Part shown: one piece after another, positions 47,093 to 57,233 of the stretch | How the letters are laid out: each line of letters starts with the position of its first letter | How positions within the stretch are numbered: position 1 is the stretch's first letter | Assembly (NCBI GenBank): GCA_963770565.1 | Contig: CAVYQE010000011.1 | Span: 288,001 to 352,000, forward strand | Direction of reading: 5' to 3' | Length of the DNA: 64,000 nucleotides | Source: an uncultured Actinomycetota bacterium | GTDB lineage: Bacteria > Actinomycetota > Actinomycetes > JAFAQI01 | Program-made: the position numbers and the translations under genes | The notes under the pieces: generated by a model | Seen by the model: the letters and a program-made list of their open reading frames with translations, nothing else | Told to the model about the DNA's origin: nothing | Databases searched by the model: none

Positions 47093-49313
47093 GTGACCGA
47101 CCGATCGCGACTGCGGCTCGTCGTTCTCAGCGTGCTCGTCATCTCGCTGGTCGGCACCCTGCTCGGCCGGCTCTGGTATCTGCAGGTGCTGGCCGCACCG
47201 ACCTTTGAGCAGGAGGTCACCTCCAGCCAGGTCCGCGACATCGTCACCGAGCCGCCCCGCGGCGCCGTCTTCGACGACATGGGCCGGCCGCTGATCGACA
47301 ACCGCACCGCGCTGGTGATCTCGGTCGATCGCACCGCCCTCGATGCGCAGCCCGACGACGGCAAGGCGGTGCTGCACCGGCTGGCGAAGGTGCTGCACAC
47401 GTCCTACACCCGGCTGAGCCAGGAGACCCGGCTGTGCGGCAAGGACTCGAGCGGGCACTACGTCACGAGTCCGTGCTGGGGTGGGTCGCCGTACCAGCCG
47501 ATCCCGGTCAGCTCGCTGAAGCCGGACCTCGCTTCGACCGAGCGGGCCGAGCACATCCAGGAGATGCAGGCGGAGTTCCCCGGCGTGTCGGCGCAGCTCG
47601 CCGCGGTACGCAACTACCCGCGCCCGTTCGGCGCCAACGCAAGCGCGATTCTCGGTTACCTCGAGCCGATCTCGGCCGCGGCTCTGAAGAAGCTTTCGCC
47701 GGCGCAGCAGACCATTCAACGCAACACGGTGGTCGGTGCGACCGGGCTGGAGTACTCCTACCAGAAGTACCTTCGCGGCCGGCCCGGACTCAAGCAGGTC
47801 AGAGTCGATCACCTCGGCAATGTGACGGGCATGATCCGCACGGTGCCGCCGCGGCCGGGTGACGACATCGTCACGAACATCGACGCCAAGGTGCAGAACG
47901 AGCTGGAGCAGCAGCTGGCTGCGGCTCGCGTTGCCGCGCAGAACCAGGGCTACACGGCCGACTACGACGCCGGTGTCGTGATGAACGTGCGCACCGGGGG
48001 CATCATCGCGATGGGCAGCTCGCCGTCGTACCAGCCGAACCACGCGCCGCCAACGTTGACGGTCAAGCAGTACAACCACCTCAAGCACGAGGCCGGCACC
48101 CCGTTGTTCGACAAGGCCTTCGAGGCGGCAGCGGCGCCCGGGTCGAGCTTCAAGCTGATCTCCGCGTCGGGTCTGCTCTGGGACGGCACCGCCAGCACAG
48201 AGCAGGTCAGTACAAGTGCTCGGCGAGCTTCGACAAGAAGACCAACTTCGAGGGCGAGGTCGGCGGGCTCGAGACGCTGCACACCGCGATCGTCCAGTCG
48301 TGTGACACGGTCTTCTACCGGCTGGCCAACAACGACTGGAAGCGTGACAAGTCGCTGATCAGTCGAGCAGCCAAGAAGCCGATCGAGGGGGTTCAGAAGA
48401 TCGCGCACGCGTATGGACTCGGCGAGAGCCCGGGCGTCGACCTTCCGAACGCCACCACCGGGCACATCGCCGATCGCCAGAACCAGAAGCTGCTCTGGGA
48501 GGCGCAGAAGGCAAACTATTGCGCCGGCGCCAAGACCCGGACGCCGGGCAGATACCTGCAGCTGCTCGACAAGTACGACTGCCGGTTCGGCTACGTCTTC
48601 CAGCCCGGTGACCAGATGAACGAGGACATCGGTCAGGGCACGGTCACGGTCTCGCCGTTGCAGCTCGCGGTCGCCTACTCGGCATTGCCAACGGCGGCAC
48701 GGTCTTCGAGCCGCGGGTCGCGAAGGCGATCCTCAGCCCGACCGGCAAGCTGATCCGCAGGATCAAGGCGCCGGTGCGCGACCACCTCCCGGTCAGCCAG
48801 TCCGACCTCAACTACATCCGCCAGGCGATGTACGGCGTGACCACCGAGACGGCGGTACCGCGCAGGGCGTCTTCGCGGGATGGCCGATGAACCAGGTGCT
48901 GGTGGGCGGCAAGACCGGCACGGCCGAGCTGACCGGTACGACGACGCAGAACGGTTCATGGTTCGCGTCGTTCGCGGGGCCGGCCGGTGGCAAGCCCGCA
49001 GTACGTCACCGTGATCGAGGTCGACAAGTCGAAGGAAGGCGCGATCAGCGCCGCGCCGTTCGTCAAGAACATCTGGTCCGCGCTCTACGGCATCGGGCAC
49101 CACAACAAGGCGTTGTTCCCCAACGGCGTGCCACCGAACGCGCTGCCGACGATCACCGCGACGAGCGGGACCACGACGCCCGGGCACTCGCACAAGACGC
49201 ACGGCGGCAAGAGCTCGTCACCGCCGGCGTCGCCGCCTGCATCGCCCTCGACCGGCGCCGGCGGCCTGCCGCCGGGGCTGCCGGTCGAGCCACGACGGGT
49301 ACCGCTGCAATGA
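47093..49313 (+). CDS. mrdA: Penicillin-binding protein 2 (class B), with about four apparent frameshifts
   Basis: RLWYLQV, RGAVFD and GSSFK (SxxK) in the first frame; SCD, IGQG and KTGT motifs in later frames; breaks near 48205, 48685, 48860 and 48996. Confidence 0.85.
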
Positions 49314-50488
49314 GCGACATCTCCGCGTCGACCCGGTCGGCGCCAGTGGCTGCGCGTCGTGACTCGCTCGCGGCGCGAGCGCTCGACCGCGAGTCGTTCC
49401 TGCGCCGGCTCGACTGGGTGCTGGTCGGTGCGGTCGCAGTCCTGTGCGTGATGGGCTGCGCCCTCGTCTGGGCCGCCACCAAGCCACAGGGCCTGTCGTC
49501 GTCGTACCTGAAGAAAGACGTGCTCAACGTCATCATCGGGGTCGGCCTCGCAGTCATCGCCGCATCGGTGGACTACCGCACGCTGCGCGCATATACGCCG
49601 GTCCTCTATGTCGCCTCCGTGATCGGCCTGCTCGCGGTGCTCTCGCCGCTCGGTACGCGGATCAACGGCGCGCACTCGTGGATCAGCTTCGGTGGCGGCT
49701 TCGAGCTGCAGCCGTCGGAGTTTGCGAAGGTCGCGGTGATCCTCGGCATGGGGATGCTGTTATCGGAGAAACGCGAGGGCAGCACCGAACCCACTACGCA
49801 AGACATCCTGTTCTGTCTCGCGATCGCCGCGGTGCCGGTGTTGCTGATCCTTGCCCAGCCCGACGTCGGGTCGACGATGGTGTTCGCGGTGATCATCTTC
49901 GGAATGCTGACACTGTCCGGCATCTCGGCGCGGTGGGTGGTCGGGATGCTCGGCGCGGCGGTGCTCGGATCCTTACTGATCGCCCACCTGCATCTGCTGC
50001 ACAAGTTCCAGATCGACCGGTTGACCAGCTTCACCCACCCCAAGGCCGGTACCGAGAGCTTCGGTCTCAACCAGCATGAGTCGATCCTCGCGATCGGGCA
50101 CGGCGGAATCTTGGGCCAGGGCCTCGGTCACGGGTCACTGACCAATGGGCAGTTCGTGCCTGAGCAGTCAACCGACTTCGTGTTCTCGGTCGCCGGCGAG
50201 GAGCTCGGTCTAGTCGGGGCCGGGCTGATCGTCCTGCTCAGCGGGATCGTGCTCTGGCGGGCGCTGCGGATCGCGCGGCTGGCCGAGGACCGCTTCGGCA
50301 TGCTGGTCGCAGTCGGCATCGTGTGCTGGTTCGGCTTCCAGGCGTTCGAGAACATCGGGATGAACCTCGGGGTGATGCCGATCACCGGGCTGCCGCTGAC
50401 TTTCGTCTCGTACGGCGGCACGTCGATGTTCGCTTCGATGATCGCGATCGGCTTGCTGCAAAACGTCCATATCCGCACGCCGAGATAA
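49310..50488 (+). CDS. rodA: Rod shape-determining SEDS protein RodA
   Basis: QPSEFAK, QPDVG, PEQSTDFVF and SYGGTS. Confidence 0.93.
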   Translation: MSDISASTRSAPVAARRDSLAARALDRESFLRRLDWVLVGAVAVLCVMGCALVWAATKPQGLSSSYLKKDVLNVIIGVGLAVIAASVDYRTLRAYTPVLYVASVIGLLAVLSPLGTRINGAHSWISFGGGFELQPSEFAKVAVILGMGMLLSEKREGSTEPTTQDILFCLAIAAVPVLLILAQPDVGSTMVFAVIIFGMLTLSGISARWVVGMLGAAVLGSLLIAHLHLLHKFQIDRLTSFTHPKAGTESFGLNQHESILAIGHGGILGQGLGHGSLTNGQFVPEQSTDFVFSVAGEELGLVGAGLIVLLSGIVLWRALRIARLAEDRFGMLVAVGIVCWFGFQAFENIGMNLGVMPITGLPLTFVSYGGTSMFASMIAIGLLQNVHIRTPR

Positions 50489-50506
50489 ACCTCGTACTCT
50501 GGCGCT

Positions 50507-52429
50507 GTGAGCGTCGACAGCGTCTTCCCCCGGCTGGAGCTGTTGCTTCCGCTCGTGCGGAAACCGGTTCAGTACGTCGGCGGGGAGCTGCACGCCACGG
50601 TCAAGGACTGGGACACCGCCGTTGTGCGCTGGGCGTTGATGTATCCGGATGCCTACGAGGTCGGCCTGCCGAACCAGGGTCTGCAGATCCTGTACGAGGT
50701 GCTCAACGAGCAGCCGGACGTGCTGGCCGAGCGGACCTACAGCGTGTGGCCAGATCTCGAGGCACTGATGCGCGCCCACGACGTACCGCAGTTCACCGTG
50801 GACGCGCACCGTCCGGTGCGCAGCTTCGACCTGCTCGGAGTGTCGTTCGCGACCGAGCTCGGTTACACCAACCTGCTGACCGCGCTGGACCTGGCCGGCA
50901 TCCCGATTGCCGCCGCCGCCCGGCGCGACGGTGACCCGATCGTCGTTGCAGGTGGGCACGCCGCCTTCAACCCGGAGCCGATCGCCGAGTTCATCGACGC
51001 CGCGGTGCTCGGCGACGGCGAGCAGGCGGTCCTGGCAATCACGGACATCGTGCGGGGCTGGAAGGCGGCGGGCTGCCCGGACGGACGGGACGGCCTGCTG
51101 CTCGCGCTTGCGACGAGCGGCGTCGTCTACGTGCCGGCGTTCTATGACGTGAGCTATCTCCCGGACGGCCGGATCCATCGCGTCGTACCCAACCAGCCGG
51201 GGGTGCCGTGGCGGGTGTCGAAGCACACCGTGATGGACCTCGACGAATGGCCTTACCCGAAGAAACCGTTGGTGCCACTGGCCGAGACGGTGCACGAGCG
51301 CTACAGCGTCGAGATCTTCCGCGGCTGCACCCGCGGCTGCCGGTTCTGCCAGGCCGGGATGATCACCCGCCCGGTACGCGAGCGGTCGATCACGACGGTC
51401 GGCGACATGGTGCAGCGGGGGATCGCCGCGACCGGCTTCGAAGAGGTCGGGCTGCTGTCGCTGTCGAGTGCCGATCACAGCGAGATCGGCGAGATCGCGA
51501 AGGGCCTCGCGGATCGGTATGAAGGCGAGAATGTTTCGCTGTCGCTGCCGTCCACCCGGGTCGATGCGTTCAACATCACGTTGGCCAACGAGCTCTCGCG
51601 CAACGGCCGCCGCAGCGGGCTGACCTTCGCGCCGGAGGGTGGCAGCGAGCGGATGCGGCAGGTCATCAACAAGATGGTCAGCGAGGACGACCTGATCCGC
51701 ACGGTCGCGACCGCGTACGGCAACGGGTGGCGGCAGGTGAAGCTCTACTTCATGTGCGGCCTGCCGACCGAGACCGATGACGACGTACTCGCGATTGCCG
51801 GGATGGCGCGGCGGGTCATCGCGACCGGACGGGAGGCGGCCGGGCGCAAGGACATCCGGTGCACGGTCTCGATCGGCGCCTTCGTGCCCAAGCCCCACAC
51901 GCCGTTCCAGTGGGCCGCGCAGCTCGACCACGAGACCGTCGACCGGCGGCTGCGGGCGCTGAAGGGCGCGATCACCCACGACCGCGAGTTCGGCCGCTCG
52001 ATCGGCGTGCGCTACCACGACGGCAAGCCGTCGACGATCGAAGGTTTGCTCTCCCGCGGTGACCGGCGGGTCGCGGCGGTGATCCGCAAGGTGTGGGAGG
52101 ACGGGCAGCGCTTCGACGGGTGGAGCGAGTACTTCTCCTTCGACCGGTGGAACGACGCATGCACCGAGGTGTTCGACGGCCAGCCGGTCTCGCTCGACTG
52201 GTACACCACCCGGGAGCGGGTGCTGTCCGAGGTGCTCCCGTGGGATCACCTCGACGCCGGCATCGACAAGGACTGGATGTGGGAGGACTGGCAGCAGGCG
52301 CTGGCCGGCGGCGAGGTCGACGACTGCCGCTGGACACCGTGTTACGACTGCGGCGTCTGCCCGTCTCTCGGCACCGAGATCCAGGTCGGCCCGACCGGCC
52401 GCACCCTGCTCCCGCTGACCCCGGTCTGA
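50507..52429 (+). CDS. TIGR03960-family radical SAM protein
   Basis: KPVQYVGGE, YPDAYEVG and CxxxCxxC (CTRGCRFC). Confidence 0.9.
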   Translation: MSVDSVFPRLELLLPLVRKPVQYVGGELHATVKDWDTAVVRWALMYPDAYEVGLPNQGLQILYEVLNEQPDVLAERTYSVWPDLEALMRAHDVPQFTVDAHRPVRSFDLLGVSFATELGYTNLLTALDLAGIPIAAAARRDGDPIVVAGGHAAFNPEPIAEFIDAAVLGDGEQAVLAITDIVRGWKAAGCPDGRDGLLLALATSGVVYVPAFYDVSYLPDGRIHRVVPNQPGVPWRVSKHTVMDLDEWPYPKKPLVPLAETVHERYSVEIFRGCTRGCRFCQAGMITRPVRERSITTVGDMVQRGIAATGFEEVGLLSLSSADHSEIGEIAKGLADRYEGENVSLSLPSTRVDAFNITLANELSRNGRRSGLTFAPEGGSERMRQVINKMVSEDDLIRTVATAYGNGWRQVKLYFMCGLPTETDDDVLAIAGMARRVIATGREAAGRKDIRCTVSIGAFVPKPHTPFQWAAQLDHETVDRRLRALKGAITHDREFGRSIGVRYHDGKPSTIEGLLSRGDRRVAAVIRKVWEDGQRFDGWSEYFSFDRWNDACTEVFDGQPVSLDWYTTRERVLSEVLPWDHLDAGIDKDWMWEDWQQALAGGEVDDCRWTPCYDCGVCPSLGTEIQVGPTGRTLLPLTPV

Positions 52430-52449
52430 TGCCCTGCCCGAGGCAACGA

Positions 52450-52528
52450 CACGCATGGCCCATGCGTGGGGCTATAGCCCCACCGATGGGCCATGCGTTG
52501 GGCGATAGCCCCACCGATGGGCCATGCG
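52450..52528. repeat. Family A solo element between the two radical-SAM-locus genes
   Basis: CACGCATGGCCCATGCGTGGGGCTATAGCCCCACCGATGGGCCATGCGTTGGGCGATAGCCCCACCGATGGGCCATGCG. Confidence 0.92.
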
Positions 52529-52529
52529 G

Positions 52530-53327
52530 GTGAGCCGGCAGCCGGACGGGCCGCCCCCGCCGCCGGTCGTGCAGCGGCTGCGGATCCGCTACGCCAAACG
52601 CGACCGGCTCCGGTTCACCAGCCACCGTGACTTCGCCCGGGCCTTCGAACGAGCCGTCCGGCGCTCGGGCCTGCCGATCGGCTTCAGCGCCGGCTTCAGC
52701 CCGCACCCGAAGATCTCTTACGCCGGCGCCGCGCCGACCGGGGTCGCGTCCGAGGCCGAATACCTCGAGATCGGCTTGGCCGAGCCGCGCGACCCGGCGG
52801 ACGTCGCGGCCGCGCTCGACGCCGCGTTGCCACCCGGACTGGACATCCTCGAGGTCGTCGACTCGGCCGAGCACCCGGGCCCGTCCCTCGCCGACCGGAT
52901 CGAGGCGTCGTACTGGCGGGCGGTGCTGCCGGAGGTGCCGGCCGAGGCACTTCAGGCCGCGCTCGACCAGGTGCTCGCCCGCGAGAGCGTGCCGATCGAG
53001 CGGCCGACCAAGGAGGGCACCCGGACGGTCGACGTGCGGGCCGCGCTGGTCAGTGCCGCCGTGTCAGGCGACCCGCCGGAGGGTGCAAATCCGCAGGTGG
53101 GGGAGATGAACGCGCGATGTGCGACACTGGACGTGGTAGTTCGGCATTCTTCACCCGCCGTTCGACCCGACGACATCTTGATGGCGTTGCGCACGATCGG
53201 CGCACTGTCGACGCCCGTCACCCCCGTGGTGACGCGGCTGGCGCAAGGGCTGATCGACCAAACGTCGCCAGAGGACGCGAGGCGTCTGATTGACCCGCTG
53301 AGCGAACCCAGCGTAAGCCGGGGCTAG
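52530..53327 (+). CDS. TIGR03936-family radical SAM-associated protein (DUF2344)
   Basis: RIRYAKRDRLRFTSHRD and GFSPHPKISY; start GTG 52530 (an in-frame ATG at 52524 lies in the repeat). Confidence 0.88.
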   Translation: MSRQPDGPPPPPVVQRLRIRYAKRDRLRFTSHRDFARAFERAVRRSGLPIGFSAGFSPHPKISYAGAAPTGVASEAEYLEIGLAEPRDPADVAAALDAALPPGLDILEVVDSAEHPGPSLADRIEASYWRAVLPEVPAEALQAALDQVLARESVPIERPTKEGTRTVDVRAALVSAAVSGDPPEGANPQVGEMNARCATLDVVVRHSSPAVRPDDILMALRTIGALSTPVTPVVTRLAQGLIDQTSPEDARRLIDPLSEPSVSRG

Positions 53328-53476
53328 CTCAGGGAGCGACCACCCGCCGCACCCTCTGTGTCGTCGCCCAACCGGCTTCCGCCGCGCGCCGCTTGATACA
53401 AGCGACGTACGGCGACATCTCGCTCCCGAGCGGGGCGCCTTCACCGGCGCACCCGGGAGCGGACAGAGGAGAACAC

Positions 53477-56035
53477 GTGCTCGACGAAGAGCGCACATCC
53501 AGCACCACCCCCGGCGCCGAAGGCGCCGGCCCGAACACCCCCGACACCGGGGCCGCCAAGACCGCGACCCGCCGGCGGCGTTCGGCCAGCCGGCCGGCCG
53601 GCCCGCCCACTCCGTCCACGCCGGCCGCGACCAGATCGAGCGTGACCGGACCCAAGGTCGCCGACGCACCGCCGCCGGCGACTGCCGCCGGCGACGCCGC
53701 AGCGGCACCGGCGCCGGCCAAGCGGACTCGCAAGAAGGCCGCGCCCGCCAAGGCGGACGCCGCCACCGCCGACCCGGCTGACGGCGGCGCACCCGCCGAT
53801 GCCCCGCCGGCCCGGCGCACCAGGCGGTCGGCCACCGCCGCGGCGTTCGACGGCGACGGTTCGCCGGCTACCGACCGACCAGGTGCCGACGCGGCGGTCC
53901 CGGTCGTCCTGTTCCAACCGCCGCCGGCCGAGCCGGCCCCGCGACGGCGGACCCGTGCGGCGGCCTCGCCCGCAGCCGAGGCCGAGCCGGTAGTGGACGA
54001 ACGTCCCGCCTCCGGCGCGCCCGCCAATGGCGATGGCGATGACGAGGACGGCGGCGGCCCGAGCCGGTCCGGCCGTCGACGCCGTGGCCGTCGCGGCCGT
54101 GGTGGCCGCGGCACCGGTGGAGACTCCGCGGAGTCGAACGAGACCGAGGGTCAAGGCGACCAGGCGGCGGACGGCGGCGCGGCCGACTCCGCAGCGGCCG
54201 GTAACGGCGACCGATCCGACGGCGACGAGCAGGGCCCGGCCGGCACCCGCCGGCGCCGGCGCCGGCGCCGGACGGTGTCCGCTGACGGCGAGCCCGGCGA
54301 CGTGCTCGAGCCCGACGACCCGCCGAACACCGTCGTCCACGTGCGACCGCCGCGCAAGGCGGTGGCCGATGACGGCGTACGCGGGGTCAAGGGTTCGACC
54401 CGGATGGAGGCCAAGCGCCAGCGTCGCCGGGACGGTCGCGACACCAGTCGCCGCCGCCCGTCGATCATCACCGAGGCCGAGTTCCTGGCCCGCCGCGAGG
54501 CGGTCGACCGCGTCATGGTCGTGCGCCAGGGTGACGAGCGCACCCAGATCGCCGTGCTCGAAGACGGCATCCTGGTCGAGCACTACGTCACCCGCAAGGA
54601 CTCCGCGTCGATGGTGGGCAACGTCTACCTCGGCAAGGTCCAGAACGTGCTGCCGAGCATGGAGGCGGCGTTCGTCGACATCGGTCGCGGCCGGAACGCG
54701 GTGCTGTACGCCGGCGAGGTCAACTACGACGCGAGCGCGCTCGAAGGCCGCCCGCCGCGGATCGAGCAGGCGCTCAAGAGCGGCCAGTCGGTGCTGGTGC
54801 AGGTCACCAAGGACCCGATCGGTCACAAGGGCGGCCGGCTCACCAGCCAGGTCAGCCTGCCCGGTCGCTACATGGTCTACGTGCCGGACGGCCGGTTGTC
54901 CGGGATCAGCCGCAAGCTGCCCGACACCGAGCGCTCCCGGCTGAAGGCGATCCTGAAGCGGCTGACCCCGGAGGACGCCGGCGTCATCATCCGGACCGCG
55001 GCCGAAGGCGCGACCGAGGAAGCGCTCGAGCGCGACCTCAACCGGCTCAAGGCGCAGTGGGAGGTCATCGAGACCAAGTCGAAGACCGCCAACGCGCCGA
55101 GCCTGATCTACAGCGAGCCCGATCTGGTCATCCGCGTGGTCCGCGACATCTTCAACGAGGACTTCGCCTCGCTCGTCGTCCAAGGCGCCGACGAGTGGGA
55201 CACGATCGACAACTACGTGCGCTGGGTCGCACCCGATCTCGCCGACCGGACCAAGCGCTGGGACGAGCCGGGCGACGCCTTCGAGGCGTACCGGATCGAC
55301 GAGCAGCTGGCGAAGGCACTCGACCGCAAGGTCTGGCTGCCCAGCGGTGGCTACCTCGTCATCGACCGCACCGAGGCGATGATCGTCGTTGACGTCAACA
55401 CCGGGAAGTTCACCGGCAAGGGCGGCAACCTCGAGGAGACCGTCACCAAGAACAACCTGGAAGCGGCCGAGGAGATCGTCCGTCAGCTCCGGTTGCGTGA
55501 CCTCGGCGGGATCATCGTCATCGACTTCATCGACATGGTCCTGGAGAGCAACCGCGACCTGGTCCTGCGACGGCTGCTCGAATGCCTCGGTCGCGACCGC
55601 ACCCGTCACCAGGTGGCAGAGGTCACCTCGCTCGGGCTGGTCCAGATGACCCGCAAGCGGGTCGGCGAAGGCCTGCTCGAGTCCTTCAGCGAGACCTGCA
55701 AGGAGTGCGGCGGCAGCGGCGTCATCCTCACGATCGACCCGGTGGCCGCCCGCCGGCCGGCGAAAGCGACGCCGCGCGCGGTCGCCAAACCGGCCAAACG
55801 GGCCGCTTCGGGACGCTCCGACCGGGCCGCGTCGACCGGGTCCGACCAGGCCACCGACGGCCCGATCGGGCTAGACAAAACTGACGGGGCCGCGGCCAAG
55901 CCGGCCCGCAAGCGCCGTACGACGGCGGCAGCCGAGGCCGCGACCGAGGGTCCGGCACCGGCTGCAGCGGAGCCCGCCGCCGAGCCGGCCGAGCCGGTCG
56001 TGGAGCCGGTGGAGGCGGTCGCGGCGACGTCCTGA
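53477..56035 (+). CDS. rne: Ribonuclease E/G
   Basis: Disordered N-terminus, GNVYLGKVQNVLPSMEAAFVDIG, VDVNTGK, IDFIDM and CxxC. Confidence 0.95.
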   Translation: MLDEERTSSTTPGAEGAGPNTPDTGAAKTATRRRRSASRPAGPPTPSTPAATRSSVTGPKVADAPPPATAAGDAAAAPAPAKRTRKKAAPAKADAATADPADGGAPADAPPARRTRRSATAAAFDGDGSPATDRPGADAAVPVVLFQPPPAEPAPRRRTRAAASPAAEAEPVVDERPASGAPANGDGDDEDGGGPSRSGRRRRGRRGRGGRGTGGDSAESNETEGQGDQAADGGAADSAAAGNGDRSDGDEQGPAGTRRRRRRRRTVSADGEPGDVLEPDDPPNTVVHVRPPRKAVADDGVRGVKGSTRMEAKRQRRRDGRDTSRRRPSIITEAEFLARREAVDRVMVVRQGDERTQIAVLEDGILVEHYVTRKDSASMVGNVYLGKVQNVLPSMEAAFVDIGRGRNAVLYAGEVNYDASALEGRPPRIEQALKSGQSVLVQVTKDPIGHKGGRLTSQVSLPGRYMVYVPDGRLSGISRKLPDTERSRLKAILKRLTPEDAGVIIRTAAEGATEEALERDLNRLKAQWEVIETKSKTANAPSLIYSEPDLVIRVVRDIFNEDFASLVVQGADEWDTIDNYVRWVAPDLADRTKRWDEPGDAFEAYRIDEQLAKALDRKVWLPSGGYLVIDRTEAMIVVDVNTGKFTGKGGNLEETVTKNNLEAAEEIVRQLRLRDLGGIIVIDFIDMVLESNRDLVLRRLLECLGRDRTRHQVAEVTSLGLVQMTRKRVGEGLLESFSETCKECGGSGVILTIDPVAARRPAKATPRAVAKPAKRAASGRSDRAASTGSDQATDGPIGLDKTDGAAAKPARKRRTTAAAEAATEGPAPAAAEPAAEPAEPVVEPVEAVAATS

Positions 56036-56050
56036 GCGGACGTCCGCGCG

Positions 56051-56356
56051 CTAGCCGGGTTCGGCCGGCAGGTCCGGGGTGACCGGTTCCGCCGGCACCG
56101 AGCTGGTCGCGCTCGAGCGCACGAACCCACCAGCGTGGCCAACGTGCTCGGTGAGGGACTCGCGCGAGGTGGTCAGGGCCGCGTCGATGGCACCCATGGC
56201 CTGCTCGGTGTCGCCGGCGACGAGGGCGTATTTCGCGATCGCGAGCTGCTGAACGAGGTCGTCGTCGCGTTCGAGGGCAACGGCCGAATCGATGTCCGGT
56301 TTGGATTCGCCGCGCCCCGCGACGTCGCGGTCCGGTTCACTCGAACGGTCTGGCAC
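56051..56356 (-). CDS. Small hypothetical protein
   Basis: AGGAGG RBS before GTG 56356; helix DDDLVQQLAIAKYAL. Confidence 0.55.
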   Translation of the reverse strand: MPDRSSEPDRDVAGRGESKPDIDSAVALERDDDLVQQLAIAKYALVAGDTEQAMGAIDAALTTSRESLTEHVGHAGGFVRSSATSSVPAEPVTPDLPAEPG

Positions 56357-56613
56357 GGATCCCCTCCTGATTCGCCTGCGATGATTGTCGTGCCCGCTGT
56401 ACGGCCCGCTAAAGCAAGACTCGCCAAGATGATCACTAAGGGCCATCCGGCAGTGACTGAGCATGGTCAGGCCCGGTTTGACCGGCCAGGTAGGCACTCC
56501 GTACTCTGAACGGTCGGACGCGCTCCGTGCGCAGGCTCGGGGAATCCCGGGGCCCACCGATCAGTCATCGAGCCGAGCGCCGTCGTAGCGCCGGAGAAGC
56601 AGGGAGTTCGACC

Positions 56614-56931
56614 GTGTACGCGATCGTCCGCAGTGGCGGCCACCAGCACAAGGTTGCGGTCGGCGACACCCTGACTGTCGACCGGCTGACGAACGCGCCC
56701 GGCGAGTCCATCACGCTGCCGGCGGTCCTCCTGGTCGACGACGCCGGCGCGGTCACCACCGACGGCGCGGCCCTGTCGAAGACGACCGTGACCGCAGAGG
56801 TCGTCGAGGAGACCAAGGGCCCGAAGATCCAGATCCACCTGTTCAAGAACAAGACCGGGTATCACCGGCGTCAGGGCCACCGCGCCAAGCTCACGACGCT
56901 CCGCGTGACCGGCATCGAGACCGGAAAGTAG
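56614..56931 (+). CDS. rplU: 50S ribosomal protein L21
   Basis: [13 protein letters not shown]...[13 protein letters not shown]. Confidence 0.96.
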   Translation: MYAIVRSGGHQHKVAVGDTLTVDRLTNAPGESITLPAVLLVDDAGAVTTDGAALSKTTVTAEVVEETKGPKIQIHLFKNKTGYHRRQGHRAKLTTLRVTGIETGK

Positions 56932-56937
56932 ACCGCG

Positions 56938-57222
56938 ATGGCTCACAAGAAGGGTGCGTCCTCCAGCCGGAACGGGCGCGACTCCAACTCCCAGCGCCTC
57001 GGCGTGAAGCGCTTCGGCGGCCAGCAGGTCAACGCCGGTGAGATCTTGGTCCGCCAGCGCGGCACGCACTTCCACCCTGGTGACAACGTCGGTCGCGGTG
57101 GCGACGACACTTTGTTCGCGTTGGTGGCCGGCGCCGTCCAGTTCGGTCGTCGGCGTGGCCGTCGGGTGGTCAACATCACGACCGCCGACTCTGCTGCGGC
57201 GACGGCCGACAGCAGCGTCTGA
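56938..57222 (+). CDS. rpmA: 50S ribosomal protein L27
   Basis: [24 protein letters not shown]. Confidence 0.97.
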   Translation: MAHKKGASSSRNGRDSNSQRLGVKRFGGQQVNAGEILVRQRGTHFHPGDNVGRGGDDTLFALVAGAVQFGRRRGRRVVNITTADSAAATADSSV

Positions 57223-57233
57223 CCGGTCGCGGC

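Noticed and set aside
48887-50488. PBP2-RodA fusion (533-aa ORF)
   Set aside because: The N-terminal part is a frameshifted pbp2 segment; rodA has its own ATG at 49310 overlapping the pbp2 stop.
50210-55609. Long antisense ORFs (50210-52456, 53441-55609; similarly 36016-37299, 40883-42286, 60254-61777)
   Set aside because: Shadow frames of high-GC3 genes with no motifs of their own.
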